DNA of 5,592 nt from Candidatus Iainarchaeum sp. (GTDB taxonomy: Archaea > Iainarchaeota > Iainarchaeia > Iainarchaeales > CSSED10-239): assembly GCA_937968065.1 (NCBI GenBank), contig CALBUD010000028.1:1-5592 (forward strand), in the 5' to 3' direction. Below the pieces are notes generated by a model. The model was not told the DNA's origin. It did no database searches and worked only from the letters and a program-made list of their open reading frames with translations. The position numbers were made by a program, and so were the translations under genes. Below, one piece after another: positions 1 through 5,218 of the stretch (position 1 is its first letter; each line of letters starts with the position of its first letter).

Positions 1-47
1 TTGTATATAATTATATATTAAAAAGTTAAAAATAATTAAATAAAAAT
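1..47 (+). promoter_or_regulatory. Candidate archaeal promoter/leader region upstream of aIF5A
   Basis: Positions 1-47 contain only two G (positions 3 and 25) and no C. TATA-like strings are 'tatataa' at 4-10 and 'ttatatatta' at 11-20. A box centred near 15 would place a transcription start around 40, giving a short leader that includes the SD at 48-52. In a genome this AT-rich, TATA-like strings are common by chance, so this is only a positional inference. Confidence 0.3.
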
Positions 48-52
48 GGTGA
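48..52 (+). promoter_or_regulatory. Shine-Dalgarno-like ribosome-binding site (GGTGA) for aIF5A
   Basis: GGTGA at 48-52 lies 4 nt upstream of the ATG at 57. It is complementary to the conserved 3' end of 16S rRNA (...GAUCACCUCC). It is a G-rich pentamer in an otherwise pure A/T leader. Confidence 0.7.
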
Positions 53-56
53 AAAA

Positions 57-461
57 ATGACAGATTTTCAAATAAAGTTTGCACAAGCAGGACAACTTAA
101 AGAAAGACAATTTATTGTTATTGAAGGAACTATTTGTAGAATAGATACTATTGATAAATCAAAACCAGGTAAACATGGTGCTGCAAAAATAAGAATGACA
201 GCAACAGGAGTTTTTAATGATAAAAAAATGAATCTTTTAAAACCAAGTGATGCTGATGTTGAAGTGCCTGTTATTGATAAAGCAAATGCACAGATTATTT
301 CTGATAGTGGAGATAAATACCAAATTATGGATGTTATGGATTATCAAACATATGAAGTTGATAAAGCAGAATTTAAAGATCTTAAACCTGGAGATAATAT
401 CGAATATATGAAAGCTGGTTCTTTTATAAAAATTTCAAGAAAAAGAGCAGATACAGAATAA
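57..461 (+). CDS. eif5a: Translation initiation factor 5A (aIF5A), hypusine-containing
   Basis: The ORF is 134 aa, starts with ATG and stops with TAA. It carries the diagnostic a/eIF5A motif S-K-P-G-K-H-G-A-A-K (residues 35-44), with the modified lysine at K39 (codon 171-173). The N-terminal SH3-like domain plus C-terminal OB-like domain length (~130 aa) is typical of archaeal aIF5A, not of three-domain bacterial EF-P (~185 aa). Confidence 0.93.
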   Translation: MTDFQIKFAQAGQLKERQFIVIEGTICRIDTIDKSKPGKHGAAKIRMTATGVFNDKKMNLLKPSDADVEVPVIDKANAQIISDSGDKYQIMDVMDYQTYEVDKAEFKDLKPGDNIEYMKAGSFIKISRKRADTE

Positions 462-468
462 ATATTTT

Positions 469-497
469 AAAAAAAAAGATTAGATAACCTAATCTTT
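469..497. terminator. Bidirectional terminator-like element between convergent aIF5A and metG (hairpin plus A9/T9 tract)
   Basis: An inverted repeat pairs 'aaagattag' (475-483) with 'ctaatcttt' (489-497), giving a 9-bp stem and a 5-nt loop 'ataac' (484-488). The A9 run at 469-477 reads as T9 on the - strand, directly after the hairpin and 11 nt past the metG TAG stop (489-491). On the + strand the hairpin is followed by T-rich sequence (495-510). Oligo-T tracts are the canonical archaeal termination signal. Confidence 0.55.
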
Positions 498-2006
498 AAT
501 TTCAATTTTTGTAAAAAGGTGATTGCCTTTTTTTATTTTTTTTCCTTCCATAATATTTGTAAAGGCTAATTTTTTATGTCCAAGATTACTTACATCTAAA
601 CCTAATTGTAAAAACATCTCTTTCCATTTTTTTGTAAGAATTGGAGAAAGCTCTAAAGCTAAAATTCTTAACGATTCTAAAAGATTATACATTATTTCGT
701 CAAATTTTTTAGGAGCTGTAGTTAAAAGCTCCCAAGGTTTATTATCTTGAACATATTTATTTAAAGAATAAGTTAATTGTAAGATCTCATAAATTATTTT
801 TGAAAGTTCTTGTTTTTTATAAAATTCATGAATTATAAATATTCTTTTTTCAACATCTTCTGAAAAAGAATCTTTGTAAAAAGAAAAACCATTTTCTGGA
901 TTTCTTTTTTCTGCAAGAGTAACAACTCTTGAAAGAAGATTTCCTATACTTGAAACAAGATCACTATTTACTCTTTCAACAAATGTTTTTTTTGTAAAAA
1001 GACCATTATCACCAAAAGGCATTTCTCTAAGTATATAATATCTGTATACATCAGATCCAAATTTTTCTACATATTCTTCAGGATAAACAACATTACCAAA
1101 AGACTTTGACATTTTTTGTCCTTCAGACATCCACCAACCATGTGCAAACTCTGTTTTTGGAATTTCAAGACCATATGATTTTAAAAATATTGGCCAAAAA
1201 ACTGTATGAAACTTTGAAATATCTCTGCCCATTAATTGAAAATCAGGAGGCCAGTATTTTTTAAAATTATCAGATTCTTTTCCACCTAAAGCTGTGTAAT
1301 AATTAAAAAGAGCATCAAGCCAAACATAAAGTGTAAACTCTTCATCAAAAGGTGCTTTAATTCCCCAAGAAACATTTTTTCTAGAAATACATAAGTCTTC
1401 AAGTCCTTTATTTATAAAAGCTAAAATTTCATTTTTGTTTGATTCTGGTCTTAAAAATAAAGGATTTTCTGTTATATGTTTTAAAAGCCAATCTTGATAT
1501 TTTGAAAGTTTAAAAAAATAACCCTCTTCTTCTTCTAAAATAACTTCATGACCTATAGGACATTTTTTTTCAGAAATATCTTTATCTGTATAAAAAGATT
1601 CACATCCTTTACAATAGTATCCTTTATAAATTCCTTTGTAGATATCTCCATTATCAAACATCTCTTGAGAGATTTCTTTAATTTTTTCAATATGTTTCTC
1701 ATCTGTAGTTCTTATAAAATAATCATAAGAAATATCTAAATCATTCCAAACTTTTTTTGTATAATTTACTAAAAAATCTATAAATTCTTTTACAGGTAGA
1801 TTATTTTCTTCTGCAGCTTGTTGAACTTTAAGACCATGTTCATCAGTTCCTGTTAAAAAAAAAACATCAGATCCTATTAATCTATAGTATCTTGCAAAAA
1901 CATCTGCAACAATAGTTGTATAAGAATGTCCTAAATGAAACTTACCACTAACATAATAGATTGGAGTTGTTATATAAAATTTTTTAGGTAAATCTAAATT
2001 TAACAT
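489..2006 (-). CDS. metG: Methionyl-tRNA synthetase, compact core-only form of the bacterial (Thermus/Gram-positive-like) type
   Basis: The ORF is 505 aa, starts with ATG (2004-2006) and stops with TAG. Class I signatures are H-L-G-H (residues 24-27, nt 1926-1937) and K-M-S-K-S (298-302, nt 1101-1115). The N-terminus 'FYITTPIYYVSGKFHLGHSYTT..ARYYRL.G.DVFFLTGTDEHG' and the single zinc knuckle CKGC-x13-CPIGH (residues 132-153) match the short bacterial-type MetRS. The anticodon-domain 'KPWEL' motif is present (423-427). The protein ends right after '..LFTKIE..' with no C-terminal Trbp111/EMAPII-like domain. Confidence 0.95.
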   Translation of the reverse strand: MLNLDLPKKFYITTPIYYVSGKFHLGHSYTTIVADVFARYYRLIGSDVFFLTGTDEHGLKVQQAAEENNLPVKEFIDFLVNYTKKVWNDLDISYDYFIRTTDEKHIEKIKEISQEMFDNGDIYKGIYKGYYCKGCESFYTDKDISEKKCPIGHEVILEEEEGYFFKLSKYQDWLLKHITENPLFLRPESNKNEILAFINKGLEDLCISRKNVSWGIKAPFDEEFTLYVWLDALFNYYTALGGKESDNFKKYWPPDFQLMGRDISKFHTVFWPIFLKSYGLEIPKTEFAHGWWMSEGQKMSKSFGNVVYPEEYVEKFGSDVYRYYILREMPFGDNGLFTKKTFVERVNSDLVSSIGNLLSRVVTLAEKRNPENGFSFYKDSFSEDVEKRIFIIHEFYKKQELSKIIYEILQLTYSLNKYVQDNKPWELLTTAPKKFDEIMYNLLESLRILALELSPILTKKWKEMFLQLGLDVSNLGHKKLAFTNIMEGKKIKKGNHLFTKIEIKD

Positions 2007-2012
2007 TTAAGT

Positions 2013-2017
2013 ATCAC
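2013..2017 (-). promoter_or_regulatory. Shine-Dalgarno-like site (GTGAT) for metG
   Basis: The - strand reads AAAATGTGATACTTAA-ATG across the 16-nt pheT-metG spacer. GTGAT lies 6 nt upstream of the ATG and matches the ..GGUGAUC portion of the SD consensus. Confidence 0.6.
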
Positions 2018-2022
2018 ATTTT

Positions 2023-3681
2023 TTAAAAATCAATTTCAATTTCAAAACCACAAACAGGCATAAAATAATTATGATTTTTTAATATTTTTGGAGAAATTTC
2101 ACCTATATGGCCAACTTCTTTATCATTTATAATAACAGCTGCACTTCTTCCTTTTATATAGAATGGAAATTCTTTTTCTTTAAAAATAAGTTTTTTTCCA
2201 AAAACATTTGTTAAAGATAAAAGATTTGAAGAGATTTCAGTAAAACTAATTTTTGAATTTGAAATAATTGCTGCTAAATGAAGTTTATTTTCAGAAAGAT
2301 TATCTTCTTTTTTATTTTCAGAAACTACAAAGTCACAAGAAAATATTTTTTGTGGAAATGATTTGTGTTGATTATTTATTAAAGTTTTAAATAATTTAGG
2401 ATATAGCCAATTTCCTACCATGTTAATTGAGCTTTCAGCACTAAAACCTAAAGGAATATATTTTTCTGCCTTTAAATTAAAATTTTCAAAATTATCTTTT
2501 ATAGAAGATAAGGTGAATGGTAAAATTTCTATAAATCCCATAGAAACCATAGAATTAATTATTTCTTCTTGTAATATCGAGATTTTTAATCTTTCTCCTA
2601 TAGAATGGACATCAGAAAAGGTTGGTTCTATCTTTGAAAAAGTATATGCTCTTGAGATATCATCAATTATATCATTTTCATGCATTATATCAGTTCTAAA
2701 AATTGGCACATTAATCTCAATTAAATCATCTGTAATAAAATTAATTTTTGTAAACATCATCTTTTCTAAAAGAAGATTAATTTCAGATTTATTAATTTTA
2801 CAACCTAAAATTTTATTTACATTTTTTAAAGAAATTTTAATTTTATTTTCTGTAATGTCTGGAGATATAATTGTTTTATCTGGATAAATAATTTCTAAAG
2901 TATATACTTCTCCATTAAAATCAGAAAACATAGAGCATAAAATATTCATTGTGTTTTTTAGTTTTAAAAAATTTGAACCAGTACACTCTAAAAAAACATC
3001 TTTTGTATTTTCAGTAACTTTTCCTGTATCATTTGAATTAATTATTGGTGGCATTGAAAGTATCTTATTATTAGAATCTTTAAAAAAAAGATATTTAAAT
3101 TTATTTTCTAAAAGATAAGAATATTCTTTTCCAGTCGGGTGATTTTCTATAATTTCTTTACCTGTCATCTCTTTTGTTTCTTCTAAAGGTATAAATTTTA
3201 TATTATCTGGAGAATCAGTTTTAAAAGTTATAGGGAAAGATATTTTATCTAAAGGATAAACTCCAATAGATACTGACTTTCTTTTTCTTCCATATGTTAA
3301 ATGTAATTTTTCTTGGACAGAAATTATTTCTTTAATTTTTTCATCATTTAAAGATAAATTTTTAATTATAGCACACATTGTATAATTACCATATTCTATT
3401 GCTGATTTATCTACAATAACTTTATTTCCTGAACTTTTAACTGAAAAAGGAATATAATTTTTCAAACCTAAATATGCTTCTAAAGCTCTTTTAAAACCAA
3501 CAAAAGATAAAAGATCTATTCTTTCAGCAGTAATTTCAACTTTTAAAAGATCTGTTTCTTTATCATATGAATCTATTTCTAAACCAAAATCAAAAAGTAT
3601 TTCTTCAAGTTCTTCTATGGTTAGCTCTTCTTTTTTAATTTCTTTTTTTAGTTTATTAAATTCAATATCAATTATTGCCAT
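2023..3681 (-). CDS. pheT: Phenylalanyl-tRNA synthetase beta subunit, archaeal/eukaryal short type
   Basis: The ORF is about 552 aa from the ATG at 3679-3681, with a TAA stop at 2023-2025. 'MAIIDIEFNKL..' aligns with the usual archaeal 'MPxIDV/IxxxDL' N-terminus. The B3/4 editing-domain block 'ILSMPPIINSNDTGKVT...DVFLECTG', the B5 block 'PIFRTDIMHENDIIDDISRAY' and the C-terminal 'GRSAAVIINDKEVGHIGEISPKIL' are all recognisable. The length fits the archaeal type rather than the ~800-aa bacterial beta subunit. The ORF track instead starts at a TTG at 3696 (five extra residues, MSEIF). I prefer the ATG because of its SD spacing and N-terminal homology. Confidence 0.92.
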   Translation of the reverse strand: MAIIDIEFNKLKKEIKKEELTIEELEEILFDFGLEIDSYDKETDLLKVEITAERIDLLSFVGFKRALEAYLGLKNYIPFSVKSSGNKVIVDKSAIEYGNYTMCAIIKNLSLNDEKIKEIISVQEKLHLTYGRKRKSVSIGVYPLDKISFPITFKTDSPDNIKFIPLEETKEMTGKEIIENHPTGKEYSYLLENKFKYLFFKDSNNKILSMPPIINSNDTGKVTENTKDVFLECTGSNFLKLKNTMNILCSMFSDFNGEVYTLEIIYPDKTIISPDITENKIKISLKNVNKILGCKINKSEINLLLEKMMFTKINFITDDLIEINVPIFRTDIMHENDIIDDISRAYTFSKIEPTFSDVHSIGERLKISILQEEIINSMVSMGFIEILPFTLSSIKDNFENFNLKAEKYIPLGFSAESSINMVGNWLYPKLFKTLINNQHKSFPQKIFSCDFVVSENKKEDNLSENKLHLAAIISNSKISFTEISSNLLSLTNVFGKKLIFKEKEFPFYIKGRSAAVIINDKEVGHIGEISPKILKNHNYFMPVCGFEIEIDF

Positions 3682-3688
3682 AAATATT

Positions 3689-3692
3689 TCAC
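3689..3692 (-). promoter_or_regulatory. Shine-Dalgarno-like site (GTGA, within GAGTGA) for pheT, overlapping the pheS stop codon
   Basis: The - strand reads ..AAA TTT GAG TGA AATATTT ATG. The GTGA includes the pheS TGA stop (3689-3691) and lies 7 nt upstream of the pheT ATG (3681). Confidence 0.55.
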
Positions 3693-5188
3693 TCAAATTT
3701 TCTTTTTGGAATTATATAGTTTCTTAAAAAATCAATATCACAATCATCTCCAAAAACTTCTTTGATATTTTTTTTTTCTAAAAGAAGCATACCAATTCTT
3801 TCAATTCCTATACCCCATGCTATAACATTACTCTTTATACCATAAGGCTCTAATGTTTCTTTTCTAAAAATACCTGAATTCATAACTTCTCTCCAAGTAT
3901 TTGTTTTTTCAGAAAAGGCAAAAACTTCAATACTTGGTTCTGTATATGGGTTATAAGTTGGTTTTATTTTTATTTTACTAAGTCCTAATTTTCCTAAAAA
4001 TTCTTTTATAAAACCAATAAGATCTGAAAGACCAATATTTTTTCCAATAACAAACCCTTCTGCCTGATAGAATTCTGCAAGATGAGTTGCATCGATAGAT
4101 TCGTTTCTAAAAACTTTTCCTATACAAAAATATTTTGAATTTTTTTTATCTTCTTTTGAAAGATTATAAAAAGTTCTAAAAGTTACAGAGGTTGTATGTG
4201 TTCTTAAAACTAAATTTTTGGAAAGTTCTTCATTCCAAGTATATTGATGACCTAAAGAACCTGTTTTTCCACCTGTTTCATGAACCTCTTTAATTTTTCT
4301 TAAAAAAGATTTGTTTTTTACAAGTTTTCCTTTTAATGGTAGATAGAAAGTATCTTGAATATCTCTCATAGGATGATCTTGAGAAATATACATAGAATCC
4401 ATTGGCCAAAAAGAAGTATCAACATATGGGCCAGTCATTTCTTTAAAACCCATTTCAAGATATAAATCTCTAATGTACCACATTATTTTTCTTAAAGGAT
4501 GCACTCTTCCAATTTCTGAGGGTTTTGGAAGTTTTGATACTTCATATTCTTTAAAATCTATTTTGTCTAAATTATTTGATTTTAATATTTCTGAAGTAAG
4601 ATTAATTATTTTATCTTTTTCTAAAGAAAAATTAACTTCTTTTAAAAAAGAATAACTTTTATTAATAATTGATTTTTTTAGAATCATTTTTCTTTGTAGA
4701 AAATCATTAATTGTATTTTGATCAATATTATTTAGATTATTTAAAGAAATATCTTTTAATTTTTGTTTGTTAATTGAAATTATATCTTTATAATTTTTAT
4801 TTACAATTATTTTTCCTTCATTAATAGTAACAAGATTAAACCTTTTAGAAATTCCAAAAGCAAGAGATATTTCAGAATCATTTAATAAATTAATTTTTAA
4901 GGTTTTAAGAGAAGATAAAAGAACTTCTTTATCTTTTATAAAATCACAAAAAACATCTTCAATAAATCCTTTATCTAAAGTTTTCTTTCCAATATCTGTT
5001 AAATCATAAGTATTTATTTCAGATGTTTCTTCTAAAATTACATTTTCATCTTTTAAAAATTCTATTGAACGTCTTATAGAATCTGAATCTTTATCAAGTA
5101 AAGAAATAACGTCATTTAGAACAATTTTCTTTTTATCTTTAATAAGATTATAAACTAAAACATCTATTTCATTAAACTTTAAAATCAT
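3689..5188 (-). CDS. pheS: Phenylalanyl-tRNA synthetase alpha subunit, archaeal/eukaryal type
   Basis: The ORF is 499 aa, starts with ATG (5186-5188) and stops with TGA (3689-3691). The class II catalytic core is clear. Motif 1 region is 'HPLRKIMWYIRDLYLEMGFKEM'. Next come 'QDHPMRDIQDTFYL' and 'LRTHTTSV'. Motif 2 is 'GKVFRNESIDATHLAEFYQAEG' and motif 3 is 'IAWGIGIERIGMLL'. The N-terminal extension of ~220 aa fits the archaeal/eukaryal alpha subunit rather than the ~340-aa bacterial PheS. Confidence 0.95.
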   Translation of the reverse strand: MILKFNEIDVLVYNLIKDKKKIVLNDVISLLDKDSDSIRRSIEFLKDENVILEETSEINTYDLTDIGKKTLDKGFIEDVFCDFIKDKEVLLSSLKTLKINLLNDSEISLAFGISKRFNLVTINEGKIIVNKNYKDIISINKQKLKDISLNNLNNIDQNTINDFLQRKMILKKSIINKSYSFLKEVNFSLEKDKIINLTSEILKSNNLDKIDFKEYEVSKLPKPSEIGRVHPLRKIMWYIRDLYLEMGFKEMTGPYVDTSFWPMDSMYISQDHPMRDIQDTFYLPLKGKLVKNKSFLRKIKEVHETGGKTGSLGHQYTWNEELSKNLVLRTHTTSVTFRTFYNLSKEDKKNSKYFCIGKVFRNESIDATHLAEFYQAEGFVIGKNIGLSDLIGFIKEFLGKLGLSKIKIKPTYNPYTEPSIEVFAFSEKTNTWREVMNSGIFRKETLEPYGIKSNVIAWGIGIERIGMLLLEKKNIKEVFGDDCDIDFLRNYIIPKRKFE

Positions 5189-5194
5189 AAATTT

Positions 5195-5198
5195 TCAC
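5195..5198 (-). promoter_or_regulatory. Shine-Dalgarno-like site (GTGA) for pheS
   Basis: The - strand reads TTTTTGTGAAAATTT-ATG. GTGA lies 6 nt upstream of the ATG at 5188, within the 30-nt spacer after the upstream ORF. Confidence 0.55.
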
Positions 5199-5218
5199 AA
5201 AAATAATATCTATAAAAA

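Noticed and set aside
2031-2045. A short tandem repeat 'caatttcaatttcaa' near the 3' end of pheT.
   Set aside because: It is simply the coding sequence for the C-terminal '..FEIEIDF' on the - strand. It has only two to three units, no flanking array structure, and nothing CRISPR-like or satellite-like about it.
2420-2887. A 155-aa antisense ORF on the + strand inside pheT. Smaller antisense ORFs occur at 523-750, 1548-1739 and 4473-4655.
   Set aside because: These ORFs lie wholly inside strongly supported aaRS genes on the opposite strand. The 155-aa ORF is offset by one base from the pheT codon frame. In that frame a stop arises only where pheT has Tyr or His/Gln codons preceded by a codon ending in the right base (T or C before Tyr, T before His/Gln), and such pairs happen to be absent from this stretch. 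The translations are low-complexity I/L/S/F-rich mirror images of K/E/N/I-rich sense sequence. They have no SD-like motif and no recognisable domains.
3682-3696. A TTG start for pheT at 3696, giving an 8-nt overlap with pheS.
   Set aside because: An in-frame ATG at 3681 has a GTGA motif at the same 6-7 nt spacing seen for the other - strand genes. It also yields an N-terminus ('MAIIDI..') matching the usual archaeal PheRS beta start. The TTG has no comparable upstream signal. It is kept as an alternative, not excluded.
5211-5216. A TATA-like 'TTTATA' on the - strand ~25 nt upstream of the pheS ATG, as a possible internal promoter.
   Set aside because: Such hexamers are expected by chance in sequence this AT-rich. 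A start site about 25 nt downstream would fall on the ATG (leaderless), which would bypass the well-placed GTGA SD at 5195-5198. I cannot distinguish this from read-through from the upstream ORF without transcript data.
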